Below, one piece after another: positions 42,414 through 49,569 of a stretch of 64,000 nucleotides of DNA. The stretch lies in IMG/VR virus record IMGVR_UViG_3300034102_002416. One strand, given 5' to 3'. Under the pieces are notes generated by a model. The model made no database searches, was not told the DNA's origin, and was given only the letters and a program-made list of their open reading frames with translations. Numbering within the stretch: the first letter of the stretch is position 1; each line of letters starts with the position of its first letter. The position numbers were made by a program, and so were the translations under genes. The stretch comes from a virus.

Positions 42414-42578
42414 TTATCCGAAGAATCCTCCGGCATAAAGGATCCAAATAAAGATTGCTGCATCAATTAGCTTAAAGAATATGTTATACTTGTCGGTTCT
42501 CGGTTGGCCATGCTTATAAGCATTTAGTAATAATCCGATACCTATCATTGTCAATAAAATAATTTGTGGTGTTCCCAT
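42414..42578 (-). CDS. Small two-TM membrane protein (54 aa)
   Basis: Manual translation MGTPQIILLTMIGIGLLLNAYKHGQPR...ILYAGGFFG. Confidence 0.6.
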   Translation of the reverse strand: MGTPQIILLTMIGIGLLLNAYKHGQPRTDKYNIFFKLIDAAIFIWILYAGGFFG

Positions 42579-42586
42579 ATGTCCTA

Positions 42587-42709
42587 TTAATTAAAAATTA
42601 CTGAATAAATAAATGCATTACCTGCCAACGTCTGCTGCAGACGAATCATTTCGATTTGCTGTACCTGCTTCTTTGCGGTGAGCCTTTTAAAATTGCCTTT
42701 TCCTTTCAT
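42587..42709 (-). CDS. Small early peptide (40 aa)
   Basis: MKGKGNFKRLTAKKQVQQ...; directly follows a cassette promoter. Confidence 0.5.
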   Translation of the reverse strand: MKGKGNFKRLTAKKQVQQIEMIRLQQTLAGNAFIYSVIFN

Positions 42710-42791
42710 ACCTCTTATTTTTTATTATACTTAAAGATACCGATAATATCAATGCGAGTCAACCTTTTTTATAAAAAAGTTTCAGAAAAGT

Positions 42792-43532
42792 TTATAGGTA
42801 TTGTTCTAGCAATTCAATGCCCGGTAGCTTTGCTAATTCGGTTTCTGCCTGGCGAACCAATTGTCTAGCTCTCTCTCCGGTTACTCCCATCTCTTCAGCA
42901 ATCTGATCCATACATTGTGGATACTCTTGTCCGATGCCGTAGAATCTGCGTATAGCTTCTTGCTGCTTCGGTTTAAGTTGTGATAAGGCTCTGTTTAAGT
43001 CATAACGGAGATCTTCTGTGTCCCGGGCTGTTTTCACACTATCCGCAGCCAAGTATCGGTCCGCATAGGTTTCTTTGTTCTCGTCATCACCTACCGGAGT
43101 GTGGATTGATTTGATGCTTTGCTCCTCAGTTGCTACTCGATGTGATGGGATCCTAACTACTCTGGATAAGTCATTCAATGCCTTCTGCAATTCGGCTCTA
43201 ATGTACCACACAGCAAATGTAATGAACTTAACACCTTTTGTGGGATCGAATCTCTCAGCCGCTTCGAAGAGTCCTATGTTAGCAAATCCGATAAGATCCT
43301 CCAATTGTAATCCCATTCCTTGATACTGCTTTGCTACTTGCACCGCGAATCGGATATTAGCTTCCACTAACGCATTAACTGCTTTGCGGTCTCCGGATTT
43401 GATTCGGCCGGCTAACTCTTGTTCCTGCTGCCGGGTTAAGGTTGGGAGCTTCTTAATGTCTCTTAATAACTGATTGGTGCTTTCTGCGGTTGCTACAATT
43501 GCTCCGGTGCTTACATGAATTCTTTTTGCCAT
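42792..43532 (-). CDS. RpoD/SigA-family sigma-70 factor, compact (no region 1.1, most of region 3 missing)
   Basis: Region 2 ANIRFAVQVAKQYQ..EDLI..IGL..AAERFDPTKGVKFITFAVWYIR; RVVRIP; region 4 IAEEMGVTGERARQL. Confidence 0.92.
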   Translation of the reverse strand: MAKRIHVSTGAIVATAESTNQLLRDIKKLPTLTRQQEQELAGRIKSGDRKAVNALVEANIRFAVQVAKQYQGMGLQLEDLIGFANIGLFEAAERFDPTKGVKFITFAVWYIRAELQKALNDLSRVVRIPSHRVATEEQSIKSIHTPVGDDENKETYADRYLAADSVKTARDTEDLRYDLNRALSQLKPKQQEAIRRFYGIGQEYPQCMDQIAEEMGVTGERARQLVRQAETELAKLPGIELLEQYL

Positions 43533-43577
43533 AACTCTCTTGTGTTTTTAAATAAATGAATAACTGAATGCAACCGA

Positions 43578-43775
43578 CTACTTGCCGGTTGCTAAGAACT
43601 TGAATGATACTCGGATCGGTTTCTCAACCCGTGCCCGGTACTCTGCGTTGCGCGCTCCTTGCGTAATAGCTTGTGCTACTGTTACGGCATTGCCTCCGGT
43701 TCTTGCATCTCGACTCATTTGAGCCATTACTGCTCCTTGTCTTTCAAATCCTGAATTTCTTCCTTTTTTAGCCAT
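43578..43775 (-). CDS. Small basic early protein
   Basis: Cassette promoter at 43773-43862; probably co-transcribed with the sigma gene. Confidence 0.55.
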   Translation of the reverse strand: MAKKGRNSGFERQGAVMAQMSRDARTGGNAVTVAQAITQGARNAEYRARVEKPIRVSFKFLATGK

Positions 43776-43861
43776 CTCTCTTATTATTTAATTTCTATAC
43801 TTAAAGATAAGCATTTTATCAATGCGTGTCAACCTTTTTGTTAACTTTTTTTACTTTTTTT

Positions 43862-44047
43862 TTATAAAGGATCCACAGTGTCATCAACTACAAATCCTAC
43901 AACACTTTCTAGGTACTGCTTAATATCCGTGTCGTCAAATCCATCTGCTAACAAATCCAGTGTGACGTAACGGATTGCGTCTTCCAACTTGTTTGCGACA
44001 GTGCTATTAACAAGTCCCTCAATTCTCTCAAATTTTTCAAAATCCAT
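43862..44047 (-). CDS. Small acidic early protein
   Basis: Cassette leader. Confidence 0.55.
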   Translation of the reverse strand: MDFEKFERIEGLVNSTVANKLEDAIRYVTLDLLADGFDDTDIKQYLESVVGFVVDDTVDPL

Positions 44048-44128
44048 TTTTCTCTCTTTTTAAATTAATACTTAAATATAATGAAAATAATAATGCGATC
44101 CTAATAAAATGTAAAAAAAGTTTGCTGG

Positions 44129-44506
44129 CTAACTTAAGCCAACAAACCCTTTCTCTAATTCCAACTCTAACTCCTCAGCTATATCCTTAAGTCGGTAATA
44201 AGCAGCATCATCTAATTCCTGCATCACTCTATCTACTACTTGGTTAACATCATATCCTGATCCAAACCCGTAACATGTAACTGCTGTCTGGATTCTTTTT
44301 AACTCATCACTTGCACTAACCCAATCTGCTTCAAGCATTTGATCATTATAATCAAACTCTTTGCGGAACTCTGCCATGGCAGAAATCCAAAGCTGCTTAA
44401 CTTTGATTCGAACCACTACGGCTACTGCATCATTGTGGTCATACATATCGCGGCTCCATGGCTTTGTGATTTGGATTCCGTACTCTACTTTTGCTACCTT
44501 TTTCAT
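44129..44506 (-). CDS. Early hypothetical protein
   Basis: Cassette promoter and leader. Confidence 0.6.
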   Translation of the reverse strand: MKKVAKVEYGIQITKPWSRDMYDHNDAVAVVVRIKVKQLWISAMAEFRKEFDYNDQMLEADWVSASDELKRIQTAVTCYGFGSGYDVNQVVDRVMQELDDAAYYRLKDIAEELELELEKGFVGLS

Positions 44507-44589
44507 ATATCTCTCTTTTTAATTTATATAAAGATAAGGTTTTAATCAATGCGTGTCAACCTTTTTCTGAAAAAAGTTTAAAAAAAAGT

Positions 44590-44799
44590 TTATTCTGATT
44601 TAAAGATTTTGTTATAGTGATCTTCAAATGTATCACCATGAACTGTTGTCCATTGACCATGATTGTAAAACTTCCCTAGCTGTTGCTTCTCCATGGCTTT
44701 AGCTTGGTCAATAATTAATTGCCTATCAGTCATATCTGCAAATTTCCATTTAGATGAATTAACCTGTTGTGCAAACCATTCTATTGCTGTCTGTTTCAT
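44590..44799 (-). CDS. MKQTA(I/V)EW-family small protein
   Basis: MKQTAIEWF..AKAMEKQQ..FKSE; paralog at 51594. Confidence 0.6.
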   Translation of the reverse strand: MKQTAIEWFAQQVNSSKWKFADMTDRQLIIDQAKAMEKQQLGKFYNHGQWTTVHGDTFEDHYNKIFKSE

Positions 44800-44896
44800 A
44801 TCTCTTATTTTAAAAAATCTTTAGCTATTACTATGATTATTGCAAACGTGATTAAACCTGTGGCTACTACTAATACTATCATACTCTCTTTTTAAA

Positions 44897-45052
44897 TTAA
44901 TATCCAATCAAATCACACAACATCTCTCCCGTGCAACGGCCATTCCGGGTAATTTCATAATTAGGATCCATGCCGGATGCTGTCACATCGCTAATCAACT
45001 CAGACAATGAGGTAAACTCTTTCTCGTAATAAACACAATCTAAACTATACAT
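44897..45052 (-). CDS. Small early protein (51 aa)
   Basis: Manual translation MYSLDCVYYEKEFTSLSELISDV...; cassette promoter. Confidence 0.55.
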   Translation of the reverse strand: MYSLDCVYYEKEFTSLSELISDVTASGMDPNYEITRNGRCTGEMLCDLIGY

Positions 45053-45126
45053 ACTCTCTCTTTTTAAATTATAATCTAAATATAAGCAAAAAAGAGATGC
45101 GTGTCAAGCATCTCTGTAACTTTTTT

Positions 45127-45426
45127 TTAACTTATTTCCTCAACTCTAAATTCAATCACTTCATTTAATATTAAACACATTTCGCCATCTTCATCATAAA
45201 TACAACCTTCAATCATATCATCACTCCACTCAGGAAAATTGCCATTCTCATCAACACCACACCACCACTCAACCAAATCCTTATTGCTATAACAATATTC
45301 AGCCAACTCTTCATTCTCTCTAACCTTATCAACTAAATCCACCAAATCCTTAGCCATTACATCAACAACTAAAAATGCTTCATCACCATTAAAACCATCT
45401 GCTAAACTTACTCTAAACTCTCTCAT
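45127..45426 (-). CDS. Very acidic 99 aa early protein (DNA-mimic candidate)
   Basis: Start MREFRVS; 28 D/E versus 7 K/R; cassette leader. Confidence 0.65.
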   Translation of the reverse strand: MREFRVSLADGFNGDEAFLVVDVMAKDLVDLVDKVRENEELAEYCYSNKDLVEWWCGVDENGNFPEWSDDMIEGCIYDEDGEMCLILNEVIEFRVEEIS

Positions 45427-45499
45427 TTTCTCTCTTTTTAAATTAATACTTAAATATAAGGATAATTTCGATCGGATCCTAATTTTTAGCAAACTTTTT

Positions 45500-45703
45500 T
45501 TAAACTTTTTCAATTACGGTAACTGGTACATTAGGATTCATGCCATAATAACATTTAATATCGATATCCTCTAATTCGACGATACGTGCATTTTTTCTAG
45601 TTTTTACTACTTTTGCCCGTATTAATACATCCGGTTTTGTATCCCAAGCAAATTGTACAATTTGTCCTTTTGCTACAGTTCCTAATATTACTAAGTTTTC
45701 CAT
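45500..45703 (-). CDS. Small SH3/KOW-like protein, paralog 1
   Basis: KGQIVQFA..RAKVVKTRKNA. Confidence 0.6.
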   Translation of the reverse strand: MENLVILGTVAKGQIVQFAWDTKPDVLIRAKVVKTRKNARIVELEDIDIKCYYGMNPNVPVTVIEKV

Positions 45704-45779
45704 ATATCTCTTATTTTTTAATTTATATAAAGATAAGCAAAATACTTATGCGTGTCAAGCATTTTTTAAAAAAGTTTAA

Positions 45780-45971
45780 CTAAATATTAACTATAGTAAC
45801 TAAGCTATCAGCTGGCATTATGGTCCATCCGATATCATTAATATTTTCTAATAGTACAGTAACTGCATTTTTCCTTGTTTTTATTACTTTTGCACGTCGC
45901 ACCATATTAGGATTACTCATTGCAAATTCAACTATTTGTCCCTTTTTTACTGTTCTAACTTCTACTTGCAT
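45780..45971 (-). CDS. Small SH3/KOW-like protein, paralog 2
   Basis: Start MQVEVRTV; KGQIVEFA..RAKVIKTRKNA. Confidence 0.6.
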   Translation of the reverse strand: MQVEVRTVKKGQIVEFAMSNPNMVRRAKVIKTRKNAVTVLLENINDIGWTIMPADSLVTIVNI

Positions 45972-46065
45972 ATCTCTTATTTTTAAATTAATACTTAAAT
46001 ATAAGTAAAAAAAGTGCGCGGACCAAATTATCCACACACTTTTTTACGATTTTTTTTATATTTTT

Positions 46066-46383
46066 TTAAACTTTGTTACGGAGCATTTTCGCGCGCAACC
46101 TGTCTATTAATTTAATATAGTCATTTATATTTGCATCATAATATTCATCACGTACAAAGTCGTTATTCCAAAAGTTTAAATTATAATCTCCGATGAGCCA
46201 TCGGCGCTTGTCGCCTGCTTTACGCATCGCATACTGTTTTTCTGCTACTTTTTGTGCTAATGCTAAAACTCGAGGATCTTGCATATCGAGGCTTAGTAGT
46301 GTTGTTTCATCAGAATCTTCAGATAAATTCTTTGTTTTAAAACGATGCATATTCTCTGCAAGTATATTTCGATTCGTTGTCAT
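46066..46383 (-). CDS. Late protein with ILAENMHRF tag
   Basis: Start MTTNRNILAENMHRFKTKNL; late box at 46402-46409. Confidence 0.6.
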   Translation of the reverse strand: MTTNRNILAENMHRFKTKNLSEDSDETTLLSLDMQDPRVLALAQKVAEKQYAMRKAGDKRRWLIGDYNLNFWNNDFVRDEYYDANINDYIKLIDRLRAKMLRNKV

Positions 46384-46417
46384 ATTACTCCGATGTTTTA
46401 AATAAATATATAAACAG

Positions 46418-46725
46418 TAAAAAAGGACCCGGGAATAAGAGAGAGAAACCCGAGTCCCTACACGATTCACATCGCCTTACCTAAATCCGATCCGCCGGGA
46501 GTGTCTTGCGAGCACTACGATCCCGGACCCCGTCGGTATATTGAGAGACATGTTTGCAATACAAAGGCCCGGAGGTGTTAGCAAGTTGTGCTCCGTAGTG
46601 CTCTGATGCTTGTGGTTACCGGGCCTAATCGATCCATGTTTTATCGCGGGATGAATCTTTCCCATATCTTTGTTCGTGATCCTTCTGGCCGCCTTAAGCA
46701 TTTGGTTGGATCAACCTTCCTTCTT
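46418..46725 (-). ncRNA. About 300-nt structured non-coding RNA candidate with intrinsic terminator
   Basis: GC-rich island; stems AGGCCCGG/CCGGGCCU, CCGGGA/UCCCGG, GGUUG/CAACC; 10-nt complement 46510-19/46594-603; terminator GGACUCGGG..CCCGGGUCC-U6; TATATTTG at 46731-38. Confidence 0.65.
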
Positions 46726-46754
46726 AATTACAAATATATAATATGAAAACTAAA

Positions 46755-47432
46755 TCTAAAAACCAACCGTATCTAAAAATAAATCTAAAAATACATCTAA
46801 AAATAACGTGATATTGGTCTAAAAATCGTCTAAAAATAGCCTGTTCGGTTACTCCGTATAGCTAGCAAAGCAAAAGAAACCGGCCCAAAAGTGCTACTTT
46901 TCTAAAAATACGTCTAAAAATCAAACCGGATATTGAGCTAAAAATCGACTAAAAATAGCGGATTCATCTAAAAATAGCCGGGGAGCATCAGATATCCATC
47001 TAAAAATAAACCTGACAGTTACTCTGTATAATTAGCAAACCGAACGTATACGCACTATAAGAACGAATACAGGTTACTCCGTATAGCTACAGAATCGAAC
47101 TAACCGATTTCTCGCCAAGCAATAAACCCTATTATTAACCCGAAAAATAACACCGATACCATCATACCTCTTTAATTTAATTACACTTTAAATATAAGAA
47201 GAATTCGCCACATATCCAACCAAAAGCAAAAATCAATCTAAAAATAGACCAAAAAGGTTGGATATTACAAGACACAGTATACGCACATATAACACGGTTT
47301 ACAGTGTAACGGATATCAGTAATCCAGGCGACCCGTAATAAAGAGTCTATGCCCCCCGTATTAGTTGTATAGGGAGGGAGATATATATAACCTATCTGTC
47401 TGGATGCTACTAGACACCATTTCGTCTAAAAA
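46755..47432. repeat. Iteron-like array: 14x (T)CTAAAAA and 3x GTTACT(C)YGTATA; candidate origin or terminus region
   Basis: Copies at 46755, 46772, 46784, 46796, 46818, 46829, 46901, 46913, 46937, 46948, 46967, 46999, 47237, 47425; GTTACTCYGTATA at 46848, 47018, 47073. Confidence 0.8.
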
Positions 47433-47531
47433 TAACGCCCTATATCTGCGTATTTTACCTTAAAAACGACAGGGAGATGCTGAGGGAGTCTTATTACTAG
47501 ACACTGAATGCGATGCGATACCAGGTACTAC

Positions 47532-47780
47532 TTAACCTATAACACACTGCCATATCGCGTCTCCCACTGCCCACGCCATTACTCCGATTGTTATGCATCC
47601 TAGGATTACAGCTAACGCCATTATGCCTGTCAATGTGCGTAACACGTAACCCCATATCCACACATAGTCTGGACGTTTTTCATCTAATATGTAACGTTCT
47701 GTGAGACATCCTATTAAATATACTGAGTACCATATAGCTATTATACTCGTTATTCCTATTACAGTCTTTATTACAATCAT
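47532..47780 (-). CDS. Small two-TM membrane protein
   Basis: Two hydrophobic helices. Confidence 0.5.
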   Translation of the reverse strand: MIVIKTVIGITSIIAIWYSVYLIGCLTERYILDEKRPDYVWIWGYVLRTLTGIMALAVILGCITIGVMAWAVGDAIWQCVIG

Positions 47781-47938
47781 TCTTACTATTATTTTTATTT
47801 AGAAGCTTATCCGTATACAGCTACATCTTCTAATTAGTCCAGGATCCGTTAAATCTTTTTAAGTATTAAACATCCAGTTGAGTCAAGTTTTGGTATTGCT
47901 CTGTCACATAAACCATCTTCCTATCATTCTATTCTGAT

Positions 47939-48310
47939 TTAAAATTCCGGCTCTTCTGTACGTGCTAATTCTTCTGCTTTAATACGATCCTCTGCATATT
48001 CATACACTGCAAAGAAGTCAGCACGATCTTTTTGATCTAACTCCAATAGTCTTGCACCAACTGTGTTCAAATCACAACATGCTTCATCGTCATCATAATG
48101 CAATGTAGCTACAGTGTAACATCCTTCTGGTCGATCGAATACCGTTTCTTGTATGGCAGTATTGTTAAGTCGTAAAAACTCTCCATCGGATACCCAACCA
48201 CCTTCTAAGTATTCAGCTAGCTTACCGTAATAATGATTAGGTTGCCATTTAACTATTTCATAACGTCCTTGATCGAAACGGCATTCAATGTTGTTGATTC
48301 TTATTCTCAT
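47939..48310 (-). CDS. Hypothetical protein
   Basis: 123 aa ORF with GAGAGTTATG leader. Confidence 0.55.
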   Translation of the reverse strand: MRIRINNIECRFDQGRYEIVKWQPNHYYGKLAEYLEGGWVSDGEFLRLNNTAIQETVFDRPEGCYTVATLHYDDDEACCDLNTVGARLLELDQKDRADFFAVYEYAEDRIKAEELARTEEPEF

Positions 48311-48320
48311 AACTCTCGTT

Positions 48321-48569
48321 TTATCGTTTTCGTTTATCTACTAGGAAAAATTCTTCGAACTCTGTTGGAGTGAAATATGTTAACTCATCATCCAGATAGT
48401 CTGCATCAAACCGTACTCCATATCTGCCAGTCAGCTTAGTAATAGTTTGCAGTGTACCAAACATCACATTGCGACTAGCGATAGCATCACCAATCTTAAC
48501 ATTTCCTGATTTTAAGTTAACTGGCTCGAACCCAGCTTCCAACATTTTCTTTATTGTCTGTTCTCTCAT
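48321..48569 (-). CDS. Hypothetical protein
   Basis: TTGGA-type promoter at about 48590-48620. Confidence 0.55.
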   Translation of the reverse strand: MREQTIKKMLEAGFEPVNLKSGNVKIGDAIASRNVMFGTLQTITKLTGRYGVRFDADYLDDELTYFTPTEFEEFFLVDKRKR

Positions 48570-48628
48570 GACTCTTATTTTTTATACTTTAAATATAAGA
48601 ATTATTTTGCAAACGTCCAAATAACTGA

Positions 48629-48964
48629 TTAATTTAATTTGCGAAGCCGTACGGATATTCGTCCTTGAGATCGTTTTGCGATACATCCGAATGCAGCATA
48701 ACTCAAATCAATTCGATTGCTGGATTTTACTCCCATTCGGTCCGTAACTGTTACAGTGCATTTAACTGCAGTTGCTATGTTAGTTACTTCCAATATGGTG
48801 CCAAACTTTGCAAAGTTGTATGCGGCCGTTAGTGAATCTCGATGCATCCGCGTGCCTGATGCAGTGCGTCTTCCATGCATATCATACCAAGTAGCTATAT
48901 GCGTTGATGTACTGGATGCTGTTAGTAATAGTGAGGCAATGCTGCCAAGTAATAGTGTTTTCAT
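48629..48964 (-). CDS. RlpA-like double-psi beta-barrel lytic transglycosylase
   Basis: ATWY..GRRTASG..LTAA..FGT.LEVTN..VTDR..IDLSYAAF. Confidence 0.85.
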   Translation of the reverse strand: MKTLLLGSIASLLLTASSTSTHIATWYDMHGRRTASGTRMHRDSLTAAYNFAKFGTILEVTNIATAVKCTVTVTDRMGVKSSNRIDLSYAAFGCIAKRSQGRISVRLRKLN

Positions 48965-48975
48965 TTCATTTCCTT

Positions 48976-49569
48976 TTAATCCCAACAATCATCTAATCGT
49001 TGTTCTAATAACTTAAATAGCAGTCGTCGACATCTTTGCTGATTCTCATACGCAATACACATTGCTACATGTTCTTTGTTAGTGATGTCAATTGAACTAT
49101 TCGTGAGCCAGCGTATCTCGCCATTAACTACTCGTTTATACTGCCTAGGATATCGTTTAAAATACTCATCTAAATCATTTCTGAGTACCGTAGATTCCAT
49201 CGTGTACCATTTGCCTGTTTCATCAGTAGGAACAAATTCAAATTCAGAATCAATATATTCTAAATACTCAGTTTCATAAGCTCCATCCTGCATCAGCCAA
49301 CACAATCTGGCACATGTTAATAATACTTCGGAAGTCCGTTGAGCTGACTCATGTCGGTCTCTGGATCCGATTCCTGCAGCTTGTTGTTCCAATTTGAATT
49401 GCATTATGCGATATACATATGCTGCATCCCAATCGCGGTCCTTCCATATCACAGGCAACCATCGCCACAAATTACGTACTCCTTGTGCAAAGTCTTTGTG
49501 CCAATACTTGCCTTCGAATCGCCACCATAATGCAATTCGTTCCCACCATGTTGTGTTTCTTGCTTTCAT
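48976..49569 (-). CDS. Hypothetical protein
   Basis: WLPVIWKDRDWD motif. Confidence 0.55.
   Translation of the reverse strand: MKARNTTWWERIALWWRFEGKYWHKDFAQGVRNLWRWLPVIWKDRDWDAAYVYRIMQFKLEQQAAGIGSRDRHESAQRTSEVLLTCARLCWLMQDGAYETEYLEYIDSEFEFVPTDETGKWYTMESTVLRNDLDEYFKRYPRQYKRVVNGEIRWLTNSSIDITNKEHVAMCIAYENQQRCRRLLFKLLEQRLDDCWD

Larger units (their letters stand above)
39920..46060 (-). promoter_or_regulatory. Array of about 13 near-identical promoter+leader units, most heading a single gene
   Basis: AAAAAGTT..AAAAGGTTGAC(A/T)CG-N15-TATCTTTA..TTAAAAAGAGAGATATG beginning near 39920, 41015, 41358, 42061, 42339, 42707, 43773, 44504, 45050, 45701; -35 variants near 44045, 45424, 45969. Confidence 0.85.

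Noticed and set aside
39920-46060. CRISPR-like array from the recurring ~85-bp intergenic repeats
   Set aside because: The repeats are degenerate promoters and leaders separated by whole genes of variable length; there are no regular spacers and no cas genes
46477-46701. 74 aa ORF as a real protein
   Set aside because: It lacks the typical A-rich leader, has atypical composition and coincides with extensive RNA helices; treated as ncRNA, although translation from the internal AAAGAUAUG is not excluded
46755-47432. Mini-CRISPR or DGR template from the TCTAAAAA repeats
   Set aside because: Units are only 8 bp with irregular short gaps; no reverse transcriptase and no adenine-specific TR/VR pair was seen
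47781-47935. Gene or pseudogene in this gap
   Set aside because: All minus-strand frames are interrupted by stops and there is no recognisable homology; it cannot be supported
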